Of a stretch of DNA of 57,856 nucleotides, positions 46,399 through 55,899 are shown piece after piece. The DNA comes from an uncultured Desulfobacteraceae bacterium (GTDB taxonomy: Bacteria; Desulfobacterota; DSM-4660; Desulfatiglandales; Desulfatiglandaceae). Position 1 is the first letter of the stretch; each line of letters opens with the position of its first letter. The stretch is taken from positions 1-57,856 of the forward strand of contig CAZDVV010000002.1 in NCBI GenBank assembly GCA_964508875.1, written 5' to 3'. The notes under the pieces were generated by a model. The model ran no database searches, was not told where the DNA came from, and worked only from the letters and a program-made list of their open reading frames with translations. Both the position numbers and the translations under genes were made by a program.

Positions 46399-48624
46399 AT
46401 GCGGTCAGGTGAAAAAACAACTCGTGTCAAACAGCTTTCCACCCAACCCGAAAAACTAAAGGGTGAGGTCAAGCGCATTACATTTTCGAGCCCTGAGACG
46501 GGATTTACAGTAGCGGAGGTGAGGGTGGAGGGCGAGCTGTTGCCCATAACGATTGTGGGTAATCTGGGCAATGTGTTTCCAGGCCAAGTTCTGCACATGG
46601 AAGGCATGTGGGAGCTACATCCCAGGTTTGGCAAAAGATTCAAGGTGCACGTCTACAGCAGGATACTCCCCCAGACCAAGAAGGCCATAGAGAAATATCT
46701 GGGCTCTGGACTGATAAATGGCATCGGTCCGGTACTGGCCGAAAGAATCGTCAAGAAATTCGGGGAAGATACCCTCAAAGTGATTGATGAAAGCCCTAAC
46801 AAGCTTCTCAAAGTTGATGGAATAGGTGAAAAGCGACTGGCGCTGATCAAAAGGGCCTGGGAGGAACAAAGGGGAATGAGCTCGCTGATGGTTTTTTTGA
46901 AAGAACATGACCTGGGAACAGCCTTGGCGTTCAAGATCATGAAACGTTATGGAAACCAGGCACTGTCTACAATAACTGAGAATCCCTATAGGCTGGCATG
47001 GGATATACCCGGGGTGGGATTCAAGACTGCAGATAAGATTGCCATGAAGATGGGCATTGACCGGGATTCCACCCAGAGGCTCGAAGCAGGGATCATCTTC
47101 AGGCTGACAAGCCTGGCGGAACAGGGCCATGTCTATTATCCCCTTGAGTCCGTAGTAAGATTATGCTCGGAATTTTTGGGCGTTGGGGAGAAAGAGGTCT
47201 CCCGTGCCCTCGAGTTGCTGACATCCCGCGGGGAGCTGGTAATCGAGCAGGTGGTTGGACACTCGAGCCACAGGAAAAAGGAACTCCAAGCTGTTTTCCT
47301 CAAGAGATACCATCTCGCCGAAACTGCAACTGCCACTCACATCAGGCGCCTGATGGCTGCGGACTCCAGGGTCCCTAAGATAGATGCTCATAAGGCAATT
47401 GAATGGATCAGGAGGAGAATAAGTATTAATTTGGTGGCCAGACAGATTGATGCGATTGAAAAGGCCCTAACTAATAAGCTCCTTATTGTTACAGGGGGGC
47501 CTGGCACAGGCAAGACAACCATCATTAAGGCAATAATTGAGATCTTCAGGGCAAAAAAGGCCACTGTGCTGCTTGCCGCACCCACGGGCAGGGCATCAAA
47601 GAGGATGGAGGAGGCAGCAGCCATGGAGGCCAAAACAATTCACCGGCTTCTGGAGTTTTCGTGGGATATAGGTGGATTTGCCAGAAATGAGGACAATCCA
47701 CTGGAGGCAGATCTTGTTATTGTGGATGAGGCCTCTATGATAGATGTATCTTTAATGGCTCATCTGCTTCGCGCAATACCATCTGAGGCTAGATTGGTAC
47801 TGGTGGGAGATGTGGATCAACTACCCTCAGTAGGGCCAGGGAATGTCCTGAAAGACATGATCAGTTCCGGAAAAATACCGGTCGTAAGGCTGACGGATAT
47901 CTTTCGCCAGGCAAAAAAGAGCCTCATCACGGTGAACGCCCATAGAATAAACCATGGAAAGATGCCTATTTTACCGAGCCAGGGGGAAAGGCTCCAGGAC
48001 TTTTATCTTATCGAGCAGCATAATCCCAACCAGGTCTTAAACACGGTATTAGAGTTGGTATGCAGGAGGATTCCAGAAAGGTTTTCCATGGATCCAGTAA
48101 AGGACATTCAGGTCCTATGCCCCATGCACAGAGGGGTTGTGGGCACAGAAGAGTTGAACAGGAGACTGCAAAAGGCGTTGAACCCCAATGGTCGCCGAGT
48201 TCAGGTGGGCTCTCGAAGCTACGGTATAGGTGACAAGGTAATGCAAATTAGAAATGACTATGAAAAGGAGGTTTTCAATGGCGATATCGGATACGTGAAA
48301 TCTGTGGATACGGTGGCAGGACAATTGACCGTATCCTTTGATTCTAGGGAAGTGAGCTACCGATTCGCTGAATTAGATGATCTTGCATTGGCGTATGCCA
48401 TTTCGGTACACAAATCCCAAGGAAGCGAATATCGGGCCGTGGTGCTTCCCCTTATCAGTCAGCACTATCTTATGCTCCAACGAAACCTGATCTACACAGC
48501 GATAACTAGGGCCCGAAAGCTTCTGGTGATAGTAGGGAGCAAAAGGGCACTGTCCATTGCAGTTACCAACGAAAAGCCTTCCAAACGTTACACTCTTTTG
48601 GCCCAAAGATTAAAGCGCCTCTAA
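46399..48624 (+). CDS. recD2: RecD2-type SF1B ATP-dependent DNA helicase
   Basis: N-terminal OB-like region (LKGEVKRITF..PETGFTVA), HhH region, Walker A GGPGTGKTT, DEASM, VGD.DQLPSVG and SVHKSQGSE. The start is uncertain, since the ORF is open from 46381. Confidence 0.85.
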   Translation: MRSGEKTTRVKQLSTQPEKLKGEVKRITFSSPETGFTVAEVRVEGELLPITIVGNLGNVFPGQVLHMEGMWELHPRFGKRFKVHVYSRILPQTKKAIEKYLGSGLINGIGPVLAERIVKKFGEDTLKVIDESPNKLLKVDGIGEKRLALIKRAWEEQRGMSSLMVFLKEHDLGTALAFKIMKRYGNQALSTITENPYRLAWDIPGVGFKTADKIAMKMGIDRDSTQRLEAGIIFRLTSLAEQGHVYYPLESVVRLCSEFLGVGEKEVSRALELLTSRGELVIEQVVGHSSHRKKELQAVFLKRYHLAETATATHIRRLMAADSRVPKIDAHKAIEWIRRRISINLVARQIDAIEKALTNKLLIVTGGPGTGKTTIIKAIIEIFRAKKATVLLAAPTGRASKRMEEAAAMEAKTIHRLLEFSWDIGGFARNEDNPLEADLVIVDEASMIDVSLMAHLLRAIPSEARLVLVGDVDQLPSVGPGNVLKDMISSGKIPVVRLTDIFRQAKKSLITVNAHRINHGKMPILPSQGERLQDFYLIEQHNPNQVLNTVLELVCRRIPERFSMDPVKDIQVLCPMHRGVVGTEELNRRLQKALNPNGRRVQVGSRSYGIGDKVMQIRNDYEKEVFNGDIGYVKSVDTVAGQLTVSFDSREVSYRFAELDDLALAYAISVHKSQGSEYRAVVLPLISQHYLMLQRNLIYTAITRARKLLVIVGSKRALSIAVTNEKPSKRYTLLAQRLKRL

Positions 48625-48978
48625 TCGAATCTTTTCCTCGTTCATGACCTGTTTTAGCATCGTGGCATCATCCAATACCCTGCCAATAATGTTTACAGCA
48701 CTGGCAGGAATGATTTTGTCTCCTTGGCTCATGGGAGTGGGTCCAAAAAATATGCAAAAGGCACTACCTGTGGGCCAGTATCCCAGTTCACCTATGGACA
48801 CTTTTTCCTTGGCCCCTTGTTCAAGCTCGGCTTGAACTGGAATCTCGAAATAGATCTCATCGCCCCACGTGTTGAATGGGCCCTCAAATGGCAGAATTTC
48901 AGCGATCTTTCTAGCGGTGGGTGTGTCATTTAGCTCTGCTTCCAGGGAAACTTCACCAACTGTAATCCGAATCCTCAT
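48610..48978 (-). CDS. Cyclophilin-like fold protein (DUF3830-like)
   Basis: 122 aa with the pattern ELNDTPTA..I...LP......WGDE.YF......GELGYWP.G.A.CIFFG, as I recall it for this family. Confidence 0.55.
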   Translation of the reverse strand: MRIRITVGEVSLEAELNDTPTARKIAEILPFEGPFNTWGDEIYFEIPVQAELEQGAKEKVSIGELGYWPTGSAFCIFFGPTPMSQGDKIIPASAVNIIGRVLDDATMLKQVMNEEKIRLEAL

Positions 48979-49118
48979 GTCCTTTCACCCCCTAACACGG
49001 CAGTTTTCTGTCCCTTTATAACCGCTACGCACCCATAAATCAAAGAGTTCCTGTCTATTGCAACATCCTTTTTCCTTGCGCTGAATTTGAAACCGGCGTT
49101 GGACAAGATTGATTATTA

Positions 49119-49134
49119 TGGCATGGCATTTGCT
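49119..49134 (+). promoter_or_regulatory. Sigma-54 (RpoN) promoter TGGCATGGCATTTGCT
   Basis: Matches the TGGCACGRNNNTTGCW core at 15 of 16 positions, with correctly spaced -24 GG and -12 GC. It lies about 165 nt upstream of the first MotB-like gene. Confidence 0.6.
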
Positions 49135-49299
49135 CAATAAAAGGGCGACATAGCGGGATCACGGAGGCTTGAGCCAATAATACTCATGAAAATAGGTCTC
49201 AGGGGGCCTAAAACGGAGGCTTTTCGGGCTTGGAGGCACCAGGGTGGGCTCAACTATTGACGCTGTGCGCCAAAAACATGGCAGAGGATAGTAGGTCCT

Positions 49300-50082
49300 A
49301 TGGCAAAAGTAAAAGAAGAGGAACAACAGAATACCAATAGCTGGATCACCACATACACGGACTTGATGACCCTGTTGCTCACCTTTTTTGTATTGCTTAT
49401 AAGCATGTCCGTGGTGGACCCTATGAGGCAGCGAGTTGCCCTCAACTCATTGGTTGGTGCCTTTGGTTTCAAGCCGGGAGGGCATTCTGTCATAGGGGTG
49501 AAGAAGGGCATGAATATCACAGTTGGAGCCGCTCCCCTTCAAAAAGAGCAAGTGGACTTTGAGAGGCTTCGGAACATCACCTTCAGAAACGGGCTGCAAG
49601 CAGATGTTGAGGTCCAGACAGAAGGAGAAAAGATAGTTATCACATTGAACAATCGGGTCCTATTCCCCCATGGATCTAGCACTCTTTCAGACAAAGGAAA
49701 GAATTACCTCAAGCAGCTCGCACCAGTATTGAGGCAGGTGCCAGGTCTGGTAGAGCTGAGAGGATATGCCGACCCCACTGAGGTGCTGTTTGACCAAAAT
49801 AAACTGAAAAAGGGCGCGATTATTTCTACCAAAAGAGCAGTCGCAGTGTACAGGTACCTGAACAAGATCGGGAAGATTCCTCATAAGAAGATGGTCGCGC
49901 ATGGCTTTGGGGTCCAGTCCCAAAAGAAGGCGGCCATAAAAGGAACAACAAACTTTAACCGGCAAGTGAAAATTATTTGTGATTACCGGGCAAGTATCCC
50001 CTATCGAGTGAAGAGAGGAGAAAAGAAAAAAAGCTACTACCTCGATTTCAAGGGCTTTTTCTTCAAATTGAGAGGGAGCTAA
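49300..50082 (+). CDS. MotB/OmpA family protein (degenerate OmpA-like C-terminus)
   Basis: N-terminal MotB-type TM plug with a conserved Asp (WITTYTDLMTLLLTFFVLL). The C-terminal OmpA-like domain has weakened peptidoglycan-binding motifs. Confidence 0.7.
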   Translation: MAKVKEEEQQNTNSWITTYTDLMTLLLTFFVLLISMSVVDPMRQRVALNSLVGAFGFKPGGHSVIGVKKGMNITVGAAPLQKEQVDFERLRNITFRNGLQADVEVQTEGEKIVITLNNRVLFPHGSSTLSDKGKNYLKQLAPVLRQVPGLVELRGYADPTEVLFDQNKLKKGAIISTKRAVAVYRYLNKIGKIPHKKMVAHGFGVQSQKKAAIKGTTNFNRQVKIICDYRASIPYRVKRGEKKKSYYLDFKGFFFKLRGS

Positions 50083-50083
50083 T

Positions 50084-50824
50084 ATGGCCAGGAAAAAGAA
50101 AGGAGGCGAGGGAGGAAGTGGCCACGAAGGCAGTTGGATGGTTACCTTTTCTGATCTGTCTACACTGCTGCTGACCTTTTTTGTATTGCTCCTTTCCATG
50201 TCATCAATGGATGACCTTAAGCTCAAGAGCATGTTCCAGAATTTTACCAGCAGTTCAGGGATTCTACTGTTCAAGCAATACGGTGAGATATACCACGCGA
50301 AAGAGATATTCATTCAGGGGCTTTATGAAAAACTGAAGGATGCCCTTGTAGTAAACAAGGACACCGAAGGCATAGAGAACGAACTTGCTTCAAACATTAC
50401 TGAGAATCCCTTTGTTAATGCAAGTGCAGCTGTAAAATTTGAAAACCTAGAAAACGGATTCAAGCTTGTTTTCGGCCAAGAGCTGCTTTTCCGCTCTGGC
50501 AGTGCACAAATCAGGCCTGAAATGTTACCCGTATTAATGCAGGTGGCTGATTTCATACGGGTTTCCAGCTATCAGGTGTATATTGATGGCCACACTGACG
50601 CGATTCCCATACATACCGACAAATATAAATCAAACGAGGATCTCTCTCTGGCTCGGGCATACAACATTATGGAATATCTGGTGAAAGGGTGCGGGGTAGC
50701 ACCAAATACCATTGCCCTTTGTGGCTATGGGGCCCAGAGACCAGTTGCATCCAATAAGACGCCAGAGGGTAGGGCAAAAAACAGGCGAGTGGAGATAATC
50801 TTCAAGAACCAGAAATACTTCTAA
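50084..50824 (+). CDS. MotB/OmpA family protein (canonical OmpA-like C-terminus)
   Basis: WMVTFSDLSTLLLTFFVLL TM segment with Asp. The C-terminal domain carries GHTD...N..LS.ARA...GYG...P......GRAKNRRVEI. Confidence 0.75.
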   Translation: MARKKKGGEGGSGHEGSWMVTFSDLSTLLLTFFVLLLSMSSMDDLKLKSMFQNFTSSSGILLFKQYGEIYHAKEIFIQGLYEKLKDALVVNKDTEGIENELASNITENPFVNASAAVKFENLENGFKLVFGQELLFRSGSAQIRPEMLPVLMQVADFIRVSSYQVYIDGHTDAIPIHTDKYKSNEDLSLARAYNIMEYLVKGCGVAPNTIALCGYGAQRPVASNKTPEGRAKNRRVEIIFKNQKYF

Positions 50825-51209
50825 TAGCGTGTAGATGGACCTTGGAATCATTCAATGACTGGACCTCTTGCTCCAGTTGGTCGGTTACAGGACTTGATGC
50901 CCCAACAAGGGCAAGGCGAAAGCGATTAAGTCCCTTTGCATCCCTCTCCTGAACCCCCTCATGGAGGAGACGGGCGGCTTGCCCGGAACTGACCTGATTG
51001 TGTTCGCACGGCACAAGATAGACCAAGAGCCTCTCACCAACGACCATCTTTACGTAAGGGAAAGGTGTGGTCATCACACATCTGACTTGATAGTGATCAA
51101 ATACCTCATGGGGGCATGCGCAACCCAGTGATTCCTGTATAAGAGCCACTACGTGCTTTTTTTCGGACAGATACGCCAGCCAGTCTTTAACCGTGTCTCC
51201 TGCCTCCAC
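50802..51209 (-). CDS. Hypothetical protein (135 aa), translationally abutting der
   Basis: The GTG start lies directly after the der stop codon with no gap. I recognise no family. Confidence 0.45.
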   Translation of the reverse strand: MEAGDTVKDWLAYLSEKKHVVALIQESLGCACPHEVFDHYQVRCVMTTPFPYVKMVVGERLLVYLVPCEHNQVSSGQAARLLHEGVQERDAKGLNRFRLALVGASSPVTDQLEQEVQSLNDSKVHLHAIRSISGS

Positions 51210-52523
51210 CTATTTTTTTCTCTTGAATATGATTCGAATGGGAGTAAGGGGTAGTCCCAGGCGAGATCGGAGCTGGTTGAGTAAATATCTTTCATAAGTG
51301 GATTGAACCCACTCAGGTCTGTTTACAAAGACCAAAAATGTTGGGGGCCTGATGTCCACTTGGGTGGCGTAGGAAAAATTTGGCCTCCTATGCCCAACAA
51401 TGGGCGCAGGGTGCTTTGTAACAATTTCTTTTAGTGCCCTGTTAAGGTCTGAGGTTTTGATAGATCTTGAAAAGTGCCCATATACCTTATCAATATGTTG
51501 AAATAATTTACCGATACCTTCACCTGTAAGGGCAGAGGTCCGAACCTTGGGTGCGAAATTTATGAAGGCAAGTTCCCTTTCCATGGACCTTTGGAGATTC
51601 TTTCTTCTTGACTCATCCCCTTTTGCGAGGTCCCATTTATTGATCACCAACACAATTGCCCTTCCCCTCTCCAGTGCATAACCGCATATCCTAGCATCTT
51701 GCTCAGTGATACCCTCGGCCGCATCTACCAAAACGCACGCCACGTGGCATCGGTCAAGGCTTCGAAGGGCCTTAATTACGGAAAATTTCTCAATTTTTTC
51801 CTTTACGCGTGCCTTTCTGCGAATACCGGCTGTGTCTATGAAGGTATAAGCCTTCCCTTTCCATTGAAAGTGGGTATCCACTGAATCGCGGGTAGTCCCA
51901 GGCAGTTCACTTACTACAAGACGCTCTGAGCCAAGGATTCTGTTGATAAGGGATGACTTGCCCACGTTAGGTTTGCCCACAACAGCCACTTTAATGCTAT
52001 CACTCCGCCCTTCCATCTCATCATGTGAGGCGGGAAGGTCTTGAAGTATCTTGTCCAGCAAGGCCTTTACGCCATAGCCATGAGCAGCAGAGATTGGGAA
52101 GAGCAAGTGGAATCCAAAGCTGTAAAAGTCTGCGGCGAGGTTTTCCAGTTCCGGGCCATCTATCTTATTGACAGCAAGGTATACCTTTTTCTCAAAGGGC
52201 CTGAGCATCCTAGCGATCTCTTCGTCGGCGGGCAGGATGCCCTGCCGGCCATCCACCACGAAGATAATGCTGTCGGCCTCCTCTATGGCTGACTTGATCT
52301 GTTGTTGTACCTTTTGGGCCAGAGGGTCTTGCGTGAAATCCTCAAATCCACCTGTATCAATTAGCGTGAATGATCTATCATCATGGCGTACATGGGCATA
52401 AAGCCTATCACGGGTCACACCTGGGCGATCATCTACTAAGGCATCCCGTGAACGGGTTAGGCGATTAAACAAAGTGGATTTACCCACATTTGGCCTACCT
52501 ACTATGGCGATTACTGGTTCCAT
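51210..52523 (-). CDS. der: Ribosome-associated GTPase Der (EngA)
   Basis: Two tandem GTPase domains (GRPNVGKST and GKPNVGKSS G1 motifs, DTGG/DTAG, NKxD) and a KH-like C-terminus. Confidence 0.95.
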   Translation of the reverse strand: MEPVIAIVGRPNVGKSTLFNRLTRSRDALVDDRPGVTRDRLYAHVRHDDRSFTLIDTGGFEDFTQDPLAQKVQQQIKSAIEEADSIIFVVDGRQGILPADEEIARMLRPFEKKVYLAVNKIDGPELENLAADFYSFGFHLLFPISAAHGYGVKALLDKILQDLPASHDEMEGRSDSIKVAVVGKPNVGKSSLINRILGSERLVVSELPGTTRDSVDTHFQWKGKAYTFIDTAGIRRKARVKEKIEKFSVIKALRSLDRCHVACVLVDAAEGITEQDARICGYALERGRAIVLVINKWDLAKGDESRRKNLQRSMERELAFINFAPKVRTSALTGEGIGKLFQHIDKVYGHFSRSIKTSDLNRALKEIVTKHPAPIVGHRRPNFSYATQVDIRPPTFLVFVNRPEWVQSTYERYLLNQLRSRLGLPLTPIRIIFKRKK

Positions 52524-52639
52524 CGGGCCTGACTATAACCTTATGTCCCCAAGTCCTTGGCTTCCAACCTAAACAAGGCGCATGGCCTCGCCAGGCGGCG
52601 GTGCCATATGGCAACACAAAAATTATGGATGAAAACTAA

Positions 52640-53014
52640 CTAGGCACTTGGGAGACTGTTACGTATAATGCGGCTTAGTTCATCTAATCTTAGTGGTTTT
52701 TCAAGAAGGGTCAAGGCGATTCCTTCTTGGAGGGTTTTCCGGGCACGGATATCACTGGCATTGCCTGTAAGTACGAGGATGCGAGCCGAAGGGTCAAAGG
52801 ATTTTATCCGCAGGGAAGATTCGTAGCCATCCATGACCGGCATGTTTATGTCCATTATTACGAGATCAGGGATAAGCTTCTTGTACTTCTCGACTCCCTC
52901 TTCACCATTAAATGCTTGATCCACAATATAGGTCCCCTCCATTTCAAGGGCCTCAAGCAGGAGATCTGATATAGGCCTCTCATCATCCACTATGAGAATC
53001 TTTTTCTTGTCCAT
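52640..53014 (-). CDS. Single-domain response regulator (CheY-like receiver)
   Basis: Acidic pocket DDE, phospho-acceptor D in LVIMDINMP, T in LTG, and K in EKP. Confidence 0.85.
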   Translation of the reverse strand: MDKKKILIVDDERPISDLLLEALEMEGTYIVDQAFNGEEGVEKYKKLIPDLVIMDINMPVMDGYESSLRIKSFDPSARILVLTGNASDIRARKTLQEGIALTLLEKPLRLDELSRIIRNSLPSA

Positions 53015-53185
53015 GGCCTGGTACTGTCCTGGGAATTCTCTAAATTATCCTGGCTCAAACGCCCAATACTCTAACCACAAGCCGTAAAGATCAGTGATAA
53101 GCGTATTTTCCTTTTTCAGGGTGAAAAGAGTGTAGAGAAAGACCTCCAAAGAGTCAAGAAAAAATTACAATATATTGTGTTTTTC

Positions 53186-53213
53186 TTGACAAAGGTTGAA
53201 CATATTGTATTTT
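53186..53213 (+). promoter_or_regulatory. Candidate sigma-70 promoter (TTGACA-N16-TATTTT) upstream of pyrG
   Basis: Hexamers read directly. A second TTGACA-N17-TAGTTT candidate lies about 70 nt further downstream. Confidence 0.35.
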
Positions 53214-53311
53214 ATCGCAAATATTGGATCCATAGGTCATTCATGTTCTGCCTTGACAGCGATTATCTAAGGCGATAGTTTTCTAGCAAACGCGCAATAG
53301 AGTTAAAAGAT

Positions 53312-54901
53312 ATGCCCACCAAATACATTATCGTAACCGGCGGGGTACTTTCGGGCCTGGGAAAGGGGATTGCTGTGGCCTCTATAGGACACCTGCTATC
53401 TTCTCGCCTCAAGATTGTCCCCATAAAGTGTGACGGATACCTCAATGTTGATCCTGGCACTATGAATCCTTTTGAGCACGGTGAGGTGTTTGTGCTGGAT
53501 GACGGTGGTGAAGTGGACATGGACTTCGGCCATTATGAGCGCTATCTTGGGGTCACGTGCAAGTCCAAATGGAACCTCACCATGGGAAAGGTTTTCGAGA
53601 TGGTCCGGGAAAAGGAGCGCAGGGGGGACTATTTGGGAAAGACAGTCCAATACATTCCCCATGTAACAGATGTTATCAAAGGGCATATTTTCCAAATCGT
53701 TGAGGAAGAAAGGCCGGATCTGGTACTTGTTGAAATTGGCGGGACTGTTGGTGACATTGAGAATGAGCTTTTCCTAGAGGCTATGCGTCAAATGAGGGAG
53801 GATGTGGGTAAGGAAAATATCCTTTATGTTCACCTTACCTATGTGCCAATCCCGTATGGGGTAAATGAGCAGAAATCAAAACCAACGCAACAGAGCGTTA
53901 ATCTGCTCAAACAGAGGGGCATTTTCCCAGATATTATCATTGGCAGGTGTTCACAGTTTCTCACCAAAGAGGTGAAGGCCAAAATTTCCAATTTTTGTGA
54001 TGTGGCCCCTGAGGCCGTAATCACAGGGCTAGATGTTGATGACATCTACGAGATTCCGGTGATTTTCGAGCAAGAAGGACTTCCTGAGATTATCCACAAG
54101 AAGCTCAACATCTATAGCCCGCCAGACCTAAGAAGGTGGAAGTCATATATTGAGAACATCAGGCATCCTACCAAAGAAATTACGGTCGCCATGTGCGGGA
54201 AATACACCCGCCTAGAGGATTCGTATGCCTCTATCCTTGAAGCCTTTAACCACTGCTCGGCCCATCTTAAATGCAAGATCCGGGTCAAATGGGTTGAAAC
54301 AACTGACCTCAAGGATCCTGGAGTGCTGGAAGACGCTGACGGTATACTAGTGCCTGGTGGGTTTGGTTCACGGGGTACCGAGGGAAAGATTCAGGCCATC
54401 AAGCTGGCAAGGGAAAAGAACATACCCTTTCTCGGGCTTTGCCTAGGCCTGCAACTTGCTATAATTGAATTTGCCAGAAATGTTTGTGGCCTCCATGGGG
54501 CCAACTCCACTGAAATAGACCCCTCTACTCCCTATCCTGTGATTGATATTCTCCCAGAGCAACGAGAGATAGTGAACAAAGGGGGTACCATGAGGTTGGG
54601 GGCCTACGAGGCCACATTAAGAGAAGGTACACTGGTGAGGTCTTTGTACGGGAGTGAAACGGCTTCAGAGAGGCACAGGCATCGCTACGAGGTTAACCCA
54701 GAATTTCACGAGATCCTTCAGGAACATGGCATGGTTTTCTCCGGTATATCAAAAGACGGAAGGCTTGTAGAATTCATAGAGTTGCCAGAGCACCGATACT
54801 TTGTTGCCACTCAGGCCCATCCTGAGCTGAAGTCCAGGATGGAACGACCGGCACCCTTGTTCTATGGATTCATAAAGGCGTGCTTGGAAGATAAGAAATA
54901 G
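53312..54901 (+). CDS. pyrG: CTP synthase
   Basis: Canonical N-terminus MPTKYIIVTGGVLSGLGKGI and a C-terminal glutamine amidotransferase domain (GLCLG, HRHRYE). Confidence 0.95.
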   Translation: MPTKYIIVTGGVLSGLGKGIAVASIGHLLSSRLKIVPIKCDGYLNVDPGTMNPFEHGEVFVLDDGGEVDMDFGHYERYLGVTCKSKWNLTMGKVFEMVREKERRGDYLGKTVQYIPHVTDVIKGHIFQIVEEERPDLVLVEIGGTVGDIENELFLEAMRQMREDVGKENILYVHLTYVPIPYGVNEQKSKPTQQSVNLLKQRGIFPDIIIGRCSQFLTKEVKAKISNFCDVAPEAVITGLDVDDIYEIPVIFEQEGLPEIIHKKLNIYSPPDLRRWKSYIENIRHPTKEITVAMCGKYTRLEDSYASILEAFNHCSAHLKCKIRVKWVETTDLKDPGVLEDADGILVPGGFGSRGTEGKIQAIKLAREKNIPFLGLCLGLQLAIIEFARNVCGLHGANSTEIDPSTPYPVIDILPEQREIVNKGGTMRLGAYEATLREGTLVRSLYGSETASERHRHRYEVNPEFHEILQEHGMVFSGISKDGRLVEFIELPEHRYFVATQAHPELKSRMERPAPLFYGFIKACLEDKK

Positions 54902-54974
54902 ATAGTGTTGCGGGAATGACGAAAATGGGCACATCCTGAGTTCTAGAGGCCTTGGCATCTATTATCAAGAACGC

Positions 54975-55382
54975 ATGAATCATTCCATGAATTATAAGAA
55001 GTATCAACTTCTTTTTGGTGGTCTTTTGGGCGATGAGAAAAGGTTTAGGAACATGATGGCCCGCAGGGGGGTGAAGCATTCACTTGTGGACCAGATGCTG
55101 CGGGAGGCACCAGTCATCGTAAAACAAAACTTGAGCCTTGAGACAGCCAGAAAGTATGCTGATGCATTGTCCGCAATGGGCGCTAAGGTGACCATTTTAG
55201 ACCAAGATCCACAGGAAAATCAGAAAGAATCCTCAAACAAAGTAACTCCCATGTCCAGTTTCCTCCCTTGTCCACGTTGTGGATTAGTGCAGCCCGAAAC
55301 TGATGTGTGTCCAAGATGTGGTTATCATTTGATGGCCCTTGGGAGCGATGGAGAAGCCCATGTCACAGGTGATAGAACTTGA
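54975..55382 (+). CDS. Hypothetical protein with L7/L12-C-terminal-like segment and C-terminal zinc ribbon
   Basis: ETARKYADALSAMGAKVTI resembles the L7/L12 C-terminal domain. CPRCG...CPRCG forms the zinc ribbon. Confidence 0.45.
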   Translation: MNHSMNYKKYQLLFGGLLGDEKRFRNMMARRGVKHSLVDQMLREAPVIVKQNLSLETARKYADALSAMGAKVTILDQDPQENQKESSNKVTPMSSFLPCPRCGLVQPETDVCPRCGYHLMALGSDGEAHVTGDRT

Positions 55383-55899
55383 AAAGGCCAAACTGAATGT
55401 GGCGGCCAAGAGGGGGTATCGCAACTGGACGAGTGCATTTAAGGAAAAGTTTGGTGTTGACACAAAGTTATCAGATATCTCTGTGGAAACACTGGCCCAT
55501 CTTGCTCAGGCCCAGGAGAAAAGTACATTCTATTTGTATGATTTGATTATGAGTTTGGATGGGCTTGGTTCGGGTTTCGACTTTCAGGAGCTTCCTGGGG
55601 ATAAAAAAATGGCGGTCATAGACCGTTATTTGTTCATATTGGATCGAATCAGGTTTGAATGCATGAAAAGACTAGGATGGCTGGATAGCTATCCGGGGGA
55701 AGATTTGAGCTTGGTGGAGATGATAGCTAGGTTCGAAGAGGTCGCTCCAGCGCTTCATGCACGGATACCCATGCTCAGCAAAGATCACCCCGCCTACGAG
55801 AGATACTGCTCTCTCAGCAGCTTTGATCAAGAAACATTTATCCGGAAGCTGATTCCCAAGGCCCTTAGGGAAATCCAGGACTACTCCACCACTTTGTAG
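55360..55899 (+). CDS. Hypothetical protein (about 179 aa)
   Basis: GGAG sits 8 nt before ATG 55360. It overlaps the previous gene by 23 nt, and the ORF is open from 55339. Confidence 0.5.
   Translation: MSQVIELEKAKLNVAAKRGYRNWTSAFKEKFGVDTKLSDISVETLAHLAQAQEKSTFYLYDLIMSLDGLGSGFDFQELPGDKKMAVIDRYLFILDRIRFECMKRLGWLDSYPGEDLSLVEMIARFEEVAPALHARIPMLSKDHPAYERYCSLSSFDQETFIRKLIPKALREIQDYSTTL

Noticed and set aside
46615-47130. 171-aa minus-strand ORF inside recD2
   Set aside because: It is antisense to the conserved helicase N-terminal region.
49687-50313. 208-aa minus-strand ORF across the two MotB-like genes
   Set aside because: It is antisense to two ORFs with clear MotB/OmpA motifs, so it is a shadow ORF.
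52590-52612. GTGCCATATGGCAAC upstream of der as a sigma-54 promoter
   Set aside because: The element order and orientation are wrong for either strand: the GCAA and GTGCCA blocks are inverted relative to what a minus-strand -24/-12 promoter needs. It is just a short palindrome around CATATG.
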